64,000 nt of DNA from assembly GCF_024521635.1 (NCBI RefSeq), contig NW_026250419.1, positions 434,001-498,000 on the forward strand, in the 5' to 3' direction. How positions within the stretch are numbered: position 1 is the stretch's first letter; the number at the start of each line of letters is the position of its first letter. Below the pieces are notes generated by a model. That model was not told the DNA's origin. It worked only from the letters and a program-made list of their open reading frames with translations, and ran no database searches. The position numbers and the translations under genes were made by a program. This document shows, piece after piece, positions 28,070 through 41,045 of the stretch. The DNA comes from Tricharina praecox (lineage: Eukaryota).

Positions 28070-28575
28070 TGGCGCGAATTGTTAAATGTATTTGTATTAT
28101 ATGCCGGTGTGTTTTGAGAAAGTGGGGGATGGCGTAAGAGTGGTGATGGATTGATGGATATAGCGGGGGAGTTGATCTGCTGGAGTGCTTGCGGCGCGAT
28201 CTAGGGGAAAAACACAGACACCGTGTAGAGTGAAATTTGGCGCGTTCCGACTTAATCAGAGGTCACGGGAGATCATCCTGTATCTTATCGAAAAAACAAT
28301 CTTATCGACTCGTGCAGCTATCTAATCGAATCTGATCTCATCTCGCCATCTCTCGCAATTCAACCTCATTGTCGCCTCGAAAGAAAAGGGTCGGTTACCT
28401 TCGATACCTTCAACCCCGCCCGACGGCAACTATTCCGGCCTCCTGACCATCGCGTGCCATGACTTGAGCCCAGTTCCTCCTCAACATGCGAATCTTCCCT
28501 CTCTAAGCAACAGAAAGCCATCCTTTTCGTCTCTCAACAGACCCACGTCGCACGTCGCACGCACGCCGCACTACA
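28070..28575. promoter_or_regulatory. Bidirectional promoter shared by MCM6 (-) and IML1 (+)
   Basis: 506 bp between divergent ATGs. TTTGGCGCGTT at 28236-28246 has an MCB/E2F-like CGCG core. CTTATC (GATAAG on the minus strand) occurs at 28284-28289 and 28301-28306. Confidence 0.6.
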
Positions 28576-31500
28576 ATGTCTCGCCCCTCAACTACTAACC
28601 TCTACCCACCTTCAACAGCTCATACAGCCCACGCTGCAAGCAGTGTTTCAAACGGCGGCAGCTCTAGGACTTTGACCTTATGGATTCATGATCCCGATGC
28701 CACATCTACGCTATCCCGTCATGACGCCGTGCTTAATTACGACCTGTTCGGACCCGGCGTGGCGAAGCCTGGAGATGTCGCCGAGGTCCGTCTGATTCCG
28801 CAAGTGGCATCTTCATCGTCCGGCGGGAACATGTCATCGGAGGGCTACTCATCTGGAGGGAATGGGCACATATCTGACAACGGAACTGGCATTGCCGCGT
28901 CCGAGCGACGAGCGACGACAGGGCGGAAAGGAAGCTACTCGGGATCGGTGGCTGGGGAGGATGACAGGTCAAGGTCCGAGTCGCAACCGAAGGAGGAAGA
29001 GGGGAACTTTTTATTTGTCATTAGAGAACTGGAAGAATCACAGCGCAAGCTTAATGTACAGGTACAGAGCTTCCTGCCACTGATTACGGTATTCGGGAGA
29101 GCTCATGTCAATGTACCTAGATATCGCTCGCCAGTCATGTTGCCGCTTTGTTCGGCTTTCCGTCTAGAGCTACGGTTCGAGTTACAATCGTATGGCCCCT
29201 TGCTAGCTCGTAGGCTGTGATGTGATTGCTCACAAGTGATTGACAAGGTCGATAAACCCCTTCATGAAGCTTCCCATGTCGAAATCTTCTTTCGCGATCA
29301 ATATATCACTCGCAACGACATTTGGCGATTGACCACCGGTCTCCTCTCCAACACCTGCCCTTACAAGTCGCAAAAGCTTCTCTTCATCAACTCGATCCGA
29401 GCCACGGTGGGTAATGTTTGGGTCCGCGGAGAAAAGGTCAGATCCGCATACTTCTCACCTCGGACGGTTCCCATTTTTCGGTCTGAATCTGCCAGATATG
29501 TGATATTCATCCAAATGAGCCGGGAAATGTGGCACTTTGATACGTATGATGGGTGCGATGGAGACGAGCCTAATGACGATCCAATGGCTGGAGGTACTGG
29601 TGGTGTTGGGGGTGAAATAATGTTCAACAAATTAATCAACGGGTTCTTGCCGGAGCTCTTCAAGAGGTGGCGCCGGATCGATGCCCATCACCTTGTGTCG
29701 ATTGTGTTGTTCACTCGGATCGTGTACGAACACGGTGAGCCGGTTGGGATTGTGTGCCAGGACGAGAAGTCTGACGATGAGTTCCTCGGAACACCCGGCG
29801 GGATCGAGATCGGCGAAGGGCGGCGATATCGCGACTTCTTCCGCGTCGTGATATCCAATATGGGAAGCGCTGACTGGACGGTAATCCTCCACCGACTCAA
29901 GCGCGAGTTTGCGACATTCCTGAGAGATGTGCTGGTACAACCTGTTCCCGAAGAGGAAAGTGCGGAGTACAACATGATGGATCTCACGCCTCCTGTGTCG
30001 TCAGCTGCCAGTATGGTTTCGAGGCCCGGCACTCCCGCGATGTTACCAGTAGACAAGCTCCGCCCATCTTCGACCCCGAGCCAGTCTCCAAGGTTACCGG
30101 CGACCGGGAAATCTTCGCGCCCGCCAAAAACGATCATCACTGGCCGGCCCTCTGCCGCTATTCACGGGAATATCTTGGAAGCAATCAACCTTGCTACCAT
30201 CCAATTCTCACGGACGTACATTGATGTGGATCTCGTGCGAACGGGAGTCTCTATCGTCCTTGTTACGCCTGGCACCGGTCTTTTCGAGGTGGATTATGAG
30301 ATGTTGAAGGCTACAACAGAGGGATTGGTCTCGAACGGGATGGGCATTGATCTTGTCTGCCTTAGCAAGGCTCCATTGCATATGGTTCCACTTTTCCGTT
30401 ACCGTAATCCTGCCAGTAGCAGGGACGAGGAAACACAACTTCGCCCAGGGATTTCTCCGCCAAAACACTATCCTAACCATCAACCACCACTACAACCGGG
30501 TGATTGGGTTTACTCAATGCCTCATTGGATCGATATCTCCTTCTGGTCATCGGCTTCCGAAAAGAAGACACGGCGTAACCGTGGTCCGGTGAGCGGAAAG
30601 GTTGAGAAACAGAAGGATTCCAAAATCCAAAAGAAGAAGGCTACTCAAGTATTTAGAGCCAGATGCAAAATCTATGAGCTCCAGATGATGGGAATAGTCG
30701 AGAACGCAACATCCTGCATAACCGTCCCTTTTCTCCACGAGAATCCTCTGTGGAAGTCATTGCCAGACTCTGGACCTCCGAGAGAAGTCGGCGGTAAGGA
30801 CGCCGAAAAGAAGAGGAGAGACCAGTGGAAGGAGGACAACTTCGGGTGGATGGACCAGTACGACGACCTATCATTCCGCCCATTGTACGTGTTCCAAGAA
30901 GCCATTCGGCGAGCCGAGGAGCGGAAGGTTAGTATCGACGAAGAAGACAAGAAAATCCTGCAGACACTGGATGAGGAGGATGAATTTGTGCTCGGAACGA
31001 GCTTCCGCGGTGATTTAACCAGGCAAATGTCCGTCCGTTCTGGTGGATTCTTTGACCGCAAGATGAAAGAACGGCGCCCCGAGTTGGAAACTCCTATGGA
31101 ATCGAAGGCTTCAACGCCTGTTCCAACACCAGCTGAGTCAAGCACGGGCGGTGGCGGTGGTGGTGGGTTATTAGGAAGACCTGCGGCACGGCTAAGGCAA
31201 ATCAGTTTTGGATTCAAAGCTTGGGGCGGTGCGACCAAGTCTGCAGCCAAAGTGACGACTACCGACGTTACTGGTCTTGGGACAATGGTGACGAGGGGAT
31301 TCGATACCAGTGAGCATAGCCTTGCGTCTCCCAAGAGTGGGCCCTTATCTCCTAAGAGCACAGTTCGAGAATTTAAGTTCGAAGAGAGTCCGGAGAAGCC
31401 GATACGGGGCACTCGTCCAATATCCATCACCGGATCGAACGTCTCAACATCGTCACTGGAAGTTGTAGCAAGAGATAGGGAGCGGAGAAGAAGCATTGTG

Positions 31501-34281
31501 GGATCCCCATTAGAGCACCGCGCCCTGGGCGGCATACGGGATATTGAGATGATGAAAGGGTCATCGGCATTGATTCGGCCGCCAGGTTCCAGAAACGATC
31601 ATGCCCCCAATGTGGAGAAGGGATTGAGCCATATGTCAACAGTATCACCAACTACTGCCATTGCACCTTGGGTACAGATTTTGAACCCGAGTAATCCTAA
31701 GAAGAATACGCACACGTCCGTGAGTCAGTACCGACGTTGGCACCATGTGTTTCCGAAACCTATCAAGATCTCCTCAGTCAAATGGAAGAGTCTGTGTACT
31801 CCCGCGCTACTACCCCTAACCACTGAGCACTTTCCCACTGCGGAACAACTAGCGACCGAGTATCACGAAAGTCCTTATGTTATCTCACAGAACTCCGACT
31901 ACGAACTTAGCGAGACATCGGGGAACCGGGAGGCTCTGGTCAGGGCGATGATCGCGCTTCGTCTCACGCAAGGCTTCCAGATTGTTGTGGGTAATAAAGT
32001 CACTGATGCAACACAGGGGAGAGGGGGTCAGAACGGCATATACGATAAGACCTATATGTCCACACCGGGATCATCGTGCTTCATGAGCCGTGGGGCACAT
32101 ATACACCAGCTGATCTGCGACGAGGAGTACAACGTTGAAGTCAAGCGGTATATCCGTAAGCCGGCAACCGCAATTACATCATCCAAGAAAACCGCCGACG
32201 ACGACTACACCAGCTACATCAAAACGCTTCTCAAGCCCACGTACAAACCCGTCAGGGTCAGCTTGTATCAACCGGTCAGCGACTACAACTGGAACTACGC
32301 GGATCAGTTTATCGGAGGATATGAAGACGCCATGACGGACCAGTTGAGGTATTGGCGAGCTCGATTCGTCCTCATTCCGTGCGATCCACCCGATTTTGCA
32401 CGTCGCGGGCAAGGCCCAGGCTCCGAGCTAAACGACGAGGAGATCCACCTTGAAGGTATCCGACGTTTGACGATGATATTCCAACGCAACCGGTGGGTTC
32501 CTCCCGAAGAGCGACACTATGAGCGTTACGGTGGTTCCCGGCAGAAAGCCAAAGAAAAGAACCCTTTGCAAATACTCTATCAGACTGTGGATCCTTCGGT
32601 GGCAGTCGCCCAGGAGCTCGAGAGTTTGTTTCAATCGGATATTGACGGCCACATGCGACGCAGCCAGCTCTTGACAACCGAGATGTTTGAGTCTAAGAAT
32701 CTCGACATCAAGGCAATTGCGCAAGAGCTCCAGGGGCCCCGTGGCGTACGATTGCAGGATCGACGCTGGCACCTCAGGCTACATAGCAATAGCTTCATAG
32801 GAGAAGAGATGGTCACTTGGATCGTGGAGAATTTTAAGGATGTCAACACGAGACAGGAAGCCGAGGCGGTCGGCAACAAACTCATCAAGTTGGGACTATT
32901 CCAACATGTGAATCAACGCCATGATTTCCGCGACGGTAACTTCTTCTATCGCATAGCAGAAGCTTGGGCAAATCCGGCACGGCCTTCAAGCAAGGGAAGA
33001 TGGCTGCCCTCTCTGAGGAGTAGTGATAAGTCCGTCCCTCAGACACCGCTTTCCGACACGGCTTCATCTCCGCTCCGCCGCACGCGCTCGCGCTCCAGCA
33101 CGATACTCACCGAAGATTCAACCGGCAGTGAGAGCGGTGGGGGCAAAACGCCGACTGCGTCTTGCCACCCGCAGAAGAAGAAAGCCGAAGTCGACCTCTC
33201 GAAATCCATGAAGTACGATGTCGATCCCTCACGCAAGAGTTATCGTCCCGAAATCATCACCCTCCACTACGACCGGCTTCACAACCCCGACAACTGCTAT
33301 CACATCCGCATCGACTGGATAAATACGACATCAAAGCTGATCGAGGACTGTCTCACTTCCTGGGCTCGCACTATCGACCGATATGGCCTTAAGCTCGTAG
33401 AAGCGCCCATCGACGAGGTCTCACGCATCTCCAAATCCAACCTCTTTCGAGCGCCCATCGTCGTCAAACTTGCGCTCGCACCACCGCCGCCTCCTTCGCC
33501 ATCCACTTCAACATGTCTGACGGAAAACATGGAGCTCTCAACAATCCTGACACCTATATCCTTTACGCCACAGCCGCCTCCAGACCCGTGGGTGCACCAC
33601 AAGCTGATCCTCAAAAAGTTCAACTTCGTCCTGGACACCGAAGCCGCCGGCAACTTCCCGCAGGACGTGCAAGTGCGCTACTCCTGGGGGTCGCTCGACT
33701 ACCAATGGTCGCAGTACATCCACCGCTCCGGCGTAATCTTTGCGCAGATCTCAGACACGGGTGACTTCTATCTCATGGCAAACCGCGCATACACTCTACG
33801 CGTCAACTCGCCGCCGCAAGCGCGTGTTGGCGGGGTGGTATCGCGGTCGGAGATAATAGGCGGTTCCTCCGTTGCTAATATCATCGAAAGCAGAAGGGAG
33901 CCGGATGTGGGTAGCCCTATTTCGCCCAGCATTCCCCTCCCTACGCCGGAGGGGATCAAGGCGGAGATTCAGGCGTTCCTGAGTGATCCCGAGGCGCTTA
34001 GGAGGTTCTACGAAGAGGTGCTCAGGGGCAAGGGGGGGCCGCGACAGGCGGGCGGGTTGGTCGGTGGCAGGTGGGATAGCCCTATCATTGCGCCGGTGGG
34101 AGTGGTTAGGATGGGGAGTCCGACGGTTGGGGCGAGTGAGGTGCACGCGTTTGGGGGTCCTGGTGGGCTGGGTGGGGGTGGAGGTGGGGGTGGGAGGGGT
34201 GAGGGGAGGGCATTGAGTCTGGGCAGTGGGGGGACGGGCAGTGGGGAAGATGAGGGTGGGTCTTTTATGCTTGCGAGGTAG
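28576..34281 (+). CDS. IML1: Vacuolar membrane-associated protein Iml1/Sea1 (DEPDC5 orthologue, SEACIT/GATOR1 subunit), about 1862 aa, 3 exons
   Basis: Exons 28576-29061, 29121-29189 and 29248-34281; introns 29062-29120 and 29190-29247 (AAG acceptor). IML1/DUF3608 domain motifs: FRSESARYVIFIQMSREMWHFD, FLPELFKRW, GNILEAINLA, GIDLVCLSKAPLH.VPLF. DEP domain RWHLRLHSNSFIGEEMVTWI..HDFRDGNFFY. C-terminal LHYDRLHNPDNCYHIRIDW. Confidence 0.97.
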
Positions 34282-36049
34282 GTATGAGTACTTAGTTGTT
34301 ACCGTTTGAAATGTGGATTGCGTGGGTGTTGGGAGTTTCATTTTGTACGAATAATGGGGTGATCCGTTGAACGCAACGGAATGAGTGCATCTTTTGAGAT
34401 CCAACACACGGCAACCGAAGTCTTATGGCACCGATCCCGTGCACGAAGTTCAAACTGTTTGTAGTTAAGAACCGTGAGGCTTTCCCTATCATATGCACGC
34501 ATTCACTATTCCACTATGTATCTACCGCCCAAAACCCTCCGCTGTGTCCAGCACAGGATACCTTCGGGTGTTTGCGCTGGTAGACGGCGGTGCACCGGAA
34601 AGCCTCAGACCGGACATCGTGTTGAAATTGAAAGAAGAACTTGACTCGATTGATGCCGATGATACGAGAAAGACGAGAAAGAAGACTGCTTATGACGGAA
34701 AACGATCTTATATACTAGACAGAGGGATGAAGCCTTAGACAGAGAATGCGAATAGACAATGCCGGACTGGGCTGGGGGCTTGAAGATGCTTATTCTGGTG
34801 AGAAGCCAGGGACAATGCTGCGAAGCCACCAAGGCTGCTTACTTATGTGACGATGCAAAAGGACACAAATCCGGAAAGGAGTCAGTAACACCGACGGAAT
34901 AGGTAGGCAAGAAGACATAATAGGTATCAACATTTCGCAGGGTTTATACACGGGTGATATCAGGTGAAGCGCGGTATAGTTACAGCATCACGTGGGTGGG
35001 GGAGACCGAGCCTCACCGCCCAAGCCATCGAACTCCAACGAGGACGGCCTGGTGCTCAGTACGTGCGGTGTTTCCAGCCGACGAGCCCACAGCGTTAGCA
35101 ACTCTGTTATGCACACTACTTCCGTCAAAAGATGGCAGGGAAGGGGGTTGATGTTTTGGGTTCCGAGGAAGAGTGCTAGTGGATATGATTCATTCGATTA
35201 TATCGTGTATCTGTGCAACATGGCGGTCTACATAGAGTAGGTATATAGCCTGAGTCCTGAGTCCTGATGCATGGAGCCGAGCACGCTGATGCTCAAGAGC
35301 AATTGATCCCGAGACTCTGGAGTCTGGACTACAGCAGCACGGTAGTTACAGGGTTCACTAGTATAGTGATATCGTATGAAGAACGCGCAACATCACGTGA
35401 AAAAAAAGAGTCCAAAACACTTCCTCCTACGGAACCCCAAGAGAACATGAACGCAGGGTATATTAGTTATGCGTGTTTCCACCACGCCGGACCGGCCAAA
35501 CCAAAATATGTACCTGTCTCCAAGGCAGTCCCAATGCCTAATGCCCAATGCCCAATGCCCAATGCCCAATGCCCATCCCATCGCATAATCTACTATCGTC
35601 ACTACCGATACCGGTATTTCCCCCCCCCCTCCCCACCAAACTCCGGTGCACTGGCACCGGATGTATATACATAGTAAACCACGTTAACCTTCTCCAGCCC
35701 CGAATATCCCCCATCCGCCGGCGCATATCGTATCGTATCATATCACATATCCCCCGCCGAATTCCCCCACAAATGCCCACCCTCCCCCCCCGTTTCATGA
35801 CATAAACTCCGGTCCGGATCCCATTCCAACTCCACGAAAACAAGTGTGGTTGAGCAAAAGAAAAATAAATATAAAGAGTAATAAAATGCCGTAGGTGCAG
35901 ATGGTGAAAGAAGAAAAGAAAAAGATAAAAAAAGGAGAAGAGATGGAAGGAAGGAAGGAGAGGAGATATCTATCAATATCTAACAGTCGTATCGTATCGT
36001 AGCTCGTTCGTTGCAACACATTACCATTACCTCGAGTCCTCGACCCAAC

Positions 36050-37147
36050 TCACATGCACGCCCGATCAATCACGCCGAACAGCACTGTGGTGTCGACCAC
36101 ACACCCTTCCGTCGATCCTTGCGGACACAGCTCCCGCGTCAACCCTTCCATTGGCGTCTGCGGCTGCAGCTCCGAGATCATTGTCCGCGCAGCATCGCAC
36201 TGCATGGCGCTGTGGCAATGCCCGTCCAGAGAGGGGATGCGATGCACGTGCATTTGTTTATCAGCGTCTCGATGATGCGTCATGAAATTGTCGGAGAGCC
36301 CTTGCAGTGCCGATTGCTGCTGATGCTGCTGCTGATGCTGCTGATGCTGCTGCTGCTGATGCTGCTGCTGATGCTGCTGCTGATGTTGCTGCTGCTGGAA
36401 CGAATGGAACAGGTACAGATCGCCCTGCGGCTGCTGCGCGCGCTGCTGCTGTACGGGCGAGCTGTATCCCGGCGTATGCAGATACATCGGGCTCGACAAC
36501 TGCGGGGCGGAAGCGGGATTGTCCGGCGTCAATCCCATGGCCAACGCCGACGGATCCTGAGTGGTCGGCGAGAACGCCGAGACCGAGGAGCACGGCGACG
36601 TTGCTGTTGCCGAGTGCAGCGGCGGCGGCGTGTGCTTCTCGACCTTGATCTTCCTGGTCTGGACATTGAGCTCGTGTTTCCCACGCCGCGTGCGTTCCAC
36701 CACCATGCCCGTGCTCTTCCTGCGTCCCACAACAACCGCGTCGTCGGCATCACACGGCCTTCTGACCACCAGCGCCTTCTGGACCTTATCAATCGACGTC
36801 TGCGCACCCGTGCCCGCACCCGCACCCACACCCGCCGGCGCCGCAGCGGCACCATCCTTAAGCCAGCCATCCACCTCGGCATCCAGCACGCCCTTCCTCC
36901 TCAGCAGCTCGCGCAGCAGCCTGTTCTCGCGGACGACGTGTTTCGCGGCGGCCTGGACTTCACGCGACGCCTCGGCGCCCGTGCGCTGGAACTCGCGCAG
37001 TTGCCCCTCGATCGACGCTACGTACTCCTTCCGGCGGAGCCGCGACCGTCGCTGGTTCTCGCGGAGGCGCTGCGCATTCGTGTCTTCCGGCGGCGAGTGC
37101 GTTGAGTGCGAGTCCGCGGCGCCAGATGACGGGCAGGATGCCGTCAT
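36050..37147 (-). CDS. Fungal bZIP-like transcription factor with a polyQ/QH tract and a C-terminal Cys-containing motif (365 aa)
   Basis: Basic region QRLRENQRRSRLRRKEYVASIEGQL followed by ASREVQAAAKHVVRENRLLRELL. The C-terminus MQCDAARTMI...CVVDTTVLFGVID is typical of a filamentous-fungal bZIP subfamily. Intronless and GC3-rich. Confidence 0.9.
   Translation of the reverse strand: MTASCPSSGAADSHSTHSPPEDTNAQRLRENQRRSRLRRKEYVASIEGQLREFQRTGAEASREVQAAAKHVVRENRLLRELLRRKGVLDAEVDGWLKDGAAAAPAGVGAGAGTGAQTSIDKVQKALVVRRPCDADDAVVVGRRKSTGMVVERTRRGKHELNVQTRKIKVEKHTPPPLHSATATSPCSSVSAFSPTTQDPSALAMGLTPDNPASAPQLSSPMYLHTPGYSSPVQQQRAQQPQGDLYLFHSFQQQQHQQQHQQQHQQQQHQQHQQQHQQQSALQGLSDNFMTHHRDADKQMHVHRIPSLDGHCHSAMQCDAARTMISELQPQTPMEGLTRELCPQGSTEGCVVDTTVLFGVIDRACM
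36313..36397 (-). repeat. CAG/CAT trinucleotide tract encoding QQQH repeats inside the bZIP gene
   Basis: The plus strand reads (TGC)n interrupted by TGA, translating on the minus strand as QQQQHQQQHQQQHQQQQHQQHQQQHQQQ. Confidence 0.9.
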
Positions 37148-38725
37148 TGATGGACGGGCGGGGAGAGCGCGGGGCGGTGGTGGGGTGTACTGGGTTGGGG
37201 GTTTTGTTTTTTTGCTTTTTGTTTTTTGTTTTTGTTTTTTTGGAGGGGTGTGTGGGGCCGAGGGGTGAGGCTCAAGTTCAAGTGGCTCAACTCAATTGCC
37301 CGCGGAAGGGAGGAAGGTTTTTGAAACAACGGTACGGAAGTACGGAAGGTTGGCTGCGGAATAAATAGGCGCCAGATGGGGCTATACTGCACGATGAAGG
37401 CGGGTGATGACAGCGCGCCAGAGTAACGAGTTCCAGCCTTGAAAGAACGGGGCGGGGCATTTATATGAACCCAGCTATTCGTCTGGCGTGGCGGGGGATG
37501 GGGTGGGTTAGGTGGGTTAGGTGGGTGGGGGAAGGGTGTTGGGTTTGGGTTGTTGTTGGGGATGGGGATGGGGGGACAGACCAGAGACCACGCTACTTAC
37601 TTTACTACCTTTGCTTGACTTTCCTTAGCTAACTACACTCCGCCGGCATCCCCGAACCCACCACCACCGCACCCACGCATCCGGGAAGGCTGAGATAGAC
37701 GTGGCTCCCGAAGGTGAATCACGAACGGAGAATCGGCCCATGGAGCATTATCGACCTGAGACAGCAGCAGCATTGGACAGCAAACAGGCAGCACAGTGCA
37801 GTGGCGACCGGCGACCTGGGCGCATTGCAAGCTGCTGCTGCTGGTGCTGCACTCGGAACCAATGTGACTCTGGCGTTTGTAGGTGTCAAGAGGCAGGTTG
37901 GCTGCAGGCGGACGACACCTACATACACATGTACATACCGACACATGTAGATACATAATACACACATGTTCGAGCAAGTGCATTACCCACCTACATCATA
38001 CATGATACTTCTTCACACATACATACTTTGACATACCGTACATGCGGTACTGCGCTCTCCTCTGGTGCAGCGAGCAAGCAGGCAAGCACACACGGTGGAT
38101 CTGCTCTAGATCCCCTCCAACTGCCATGCACGGCTCTTTCGAGCGATCTCGGATTTCGCTGCGGCTGTTGCCCACGGCCACTGACAAAGCGAAGGGGGAT
38201 CTTGCCCAAAGGAGATACAACTGCAGTGCATTCCGAGCTAGGTGGTTGGAGGCCCAAACGAGTGGTCGGTACATTCGTTGTCATCGTCGAGGAAGAAGGG
38301 CCAGCTCCAAGCTGCATCGCGATGCATACCAAGCACTTACCTACTCTACTCCATCTCGACCAAACGTGGTGGACGGTGAAAGAGGGCGAAGATCAAATAG
38401 AACACCATCGACCCTACGAACGGACTAATGGCGCATTCAACAAGCATCGATCTCCCCGAACGAACTAATCGGGCCTTCAACCGGCACAGTCCGGCACAGT
38501 CCAGACCAGTTGGCCTCAGTGGGATCGGTGCCGCCGCTGGCGGGGGGACTCGGACGGAAGGTTGGCTGGCAGGCTGGCTGGCGGTGCATCGAGACACAGC
38601 AAGACGGGAAGACACAAAGACATGAAGACACGAACACAGAAAGACAGACAGACAGGAGATCACCGACGATCGTTCTACACTAAGCTCGCCCGCCCGCCCC
38701 CGCCGATATCCAGGAATTCGGCAAG

Positions 38726-38763
<38 letters not shown>

Positions 38764-40666
38764 GGCGGCGGCGGACACTACGTGCAAAGGATGAGAGTCC
38801 AGGGTCCCTACAATCATACCATCACCATCACCAACCGTTTCCCTGTCACCCACGAGAAGAGAAAGAGAAAAAAAAAACGATGTCCGCCGCACCCATGTCC
38901 CAACATCGCTAAATGGCTAAGCATTATACCGAATCCCACCGTCGTGAATACGCAGCGTCAGCATCGACAGCCTACCGCTGGCTGGCTTGCTCGCTCGCTC
39001 ATCGGCTGGCTAGCTCATCGGCTGGCTAGCTCGCTGGCTGGCTGGTTGTTAAAGCAATAACACGGCCCACATATACCAACCAAGCAAACGTCACACTTCA
39101 CGGTTCCAGGTCTGACGAAGATTTCCCTCCCCTCCCTTCCCCCCTCCCCCTCCCCCCGACGACCTGATGAGAAACTGTTGAGGATCTCCCTCCTTATTTC
39201 CCTCTTTCATTCCCTCCCTCCCTCCCTCTTTCCCTCCCTCTGTCCTTCTTTCCCTCACCCATCGCTGCCGTCCTGGTCCAAGCATGAACTTACCAAAAGT
39301 AACCTCCCGCTGCTGGTGCTGGCACAAAGATATCACACCGTCCAAGACCTACATACACTCGTACATACGTCGTACATACAGAACCAACTCGCCGGCGGCC
39401 GCTCAGCTTTGGGGGCGTAGCCGGGGCCGTGGCCGTGGCCGGTATGCCGGTAGCGCCCGGTTGGTACCGAGAGGCCCAGGGAGGGAGCCTTTTTTGACGC
39501 ATGCAAGTAGAGTCCTGTACAGCGGGAGCGGGTGTCAAGGAGTGGTGGTCTATGCTAGGTAACTATTGTTTCTCGGCTACTACTGTAGTTAGAGTACTCT
39601 ACCTATATGTATGAGGAAAGGGGAGGTCAATGGCCACTGCACCTGGCACCATGTGGCCCGCTAGTTAGCCAGAGTGGCTGCAGTCTGGGAGGGGGAAATG
39701 GTGCACTGCAGCGCACTGCAGCGCATGCCTTGCCAGCCACCCACTCGGCCGGGCTGCTGCAGCCTGCAGGGCGCGTAGAGTAAAGCAGAAGAGCAAGGCC
39801 AGCTCCAGCCCCGGCGCCAGCCCAGTCAGCCCATTTGCCAAGCCCAGGCCAGACATGATCCATATGGCACCGTCTATCGGGCGAAGAGATGCCCAGTGCC
39901 GTGTCTGTATCATATCAGCCCTGTATGTAACACTAACCCAACCACGGCTGTGGCTGAGACCGAGATTTGCGACGAACCTCTTCGATCGAGGAGGGGCAGA
40001 GGTGAAACACTCCGGCGAACGACGACTTCCCAAACGGAACGACGGGCCAGGACAGGCGGAATTCTCTTCCGGCCAGACGCGGAATTTCAGCGGCTGGAAG
40101 GCTGGGGATGGGAGTGGAGGGAGGCCGGGCTGTTGCGCTTCGTTCTGATAGGTAGGCTGTTCGTTCAAATGGATGGATGGATTGGATGGATCACTGCAAC
40201 TTAACTCCGTTTTGACCCTTTTTCTTAAGTATGGTACCCCCCAATCTGACACTGGACACTGGACGGATGGCTGTTACGATAACCCAATAATTACGTGTGT
40301 AGCCTCCGCTGTTATGAGAGGAGAAATCTCATATGCAAGCAGTGTTAACATACTCTACATATCATGCAATGCTAACTAACATGCGATGCCAACTACATGT
40401 CTATGGCGCTGCTGATATCAGGTCATGGTTACTTTGCCTCTACATACTCTACATATCCCACTCTAGAGTCTACTCTAGTCTACAGCTGAAGTGAGAACTT
40501 GGCGTCTGTTTGTCTCAGACTCTCACTGTATCAAACGGGGCGGCCGATAAGCTGCGTGATGGCTACTAGTAGCTACAGTTATAGCCGCGAACCTGTTTCA
40601 GAAAAGCATGCGGCGTGATTACTCTAGTGAGTGATGTATAGGACCACGCGCGAGAGAAAAAAACCC

Positions 40667-40732
40667 CGGTGGTGGTGACTGGTGTTGGTGGTGGTGACTG
40701 GTGTTGGTGGTGGTGACTGCTGACTGCTGACT
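40667..40732. repeat. 19-bp minisatellite (GGTGGTGGTGACTGGTGTT) x about 2.7
   Basis: Direct tandem copies visible, decaying into (GCTGACT)n. Confidence 0.8.
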
Positions 40733-41045
40733 CCCTTTATTTATTTATTTCAATATCGAATCGAATCGGAACGAATGAAATCGAATTAAATCGGATGGAG
40801 GCAACAAACACTGTGAGTACTGAGCCGGACTTACTTCGAGGTACATACATAACGAAGGATTGAGAATTCGACGTAACTATGGTGTAACTAGGACTATGTA
40901 TAACTGCATACTTAAATATGTAACTGCATACCTACCGTGCTCATCCGCCGTGGGCCACCGGAATTCGGCCTCAGGTCATCCTCATCATCACCATGCCGAC
41001 TCCAGAGTCCGGGATACGGTATGAATATTCATTCAGGCATTTGGG

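Noticed and set aside
34493..34738. 81-aa ORF with a charged C-terminal half downstream of IML1
   Set aside because: Short, with no known motif and no convincing splice partners; left uncalled.
36011..37105. 364-aa plus-strand ORF with a poly-Leu/Met stretch
   Set aside because: Antisense shadow of the GC-rich bZIP gene; the poly-L stretch is the reverse reading of the CAG tract.
39163..39200. CTGATGA motif as a possible hammerhead ribozyme core
   Set aside because: No stem II followed by GAAA and no flanking helices.
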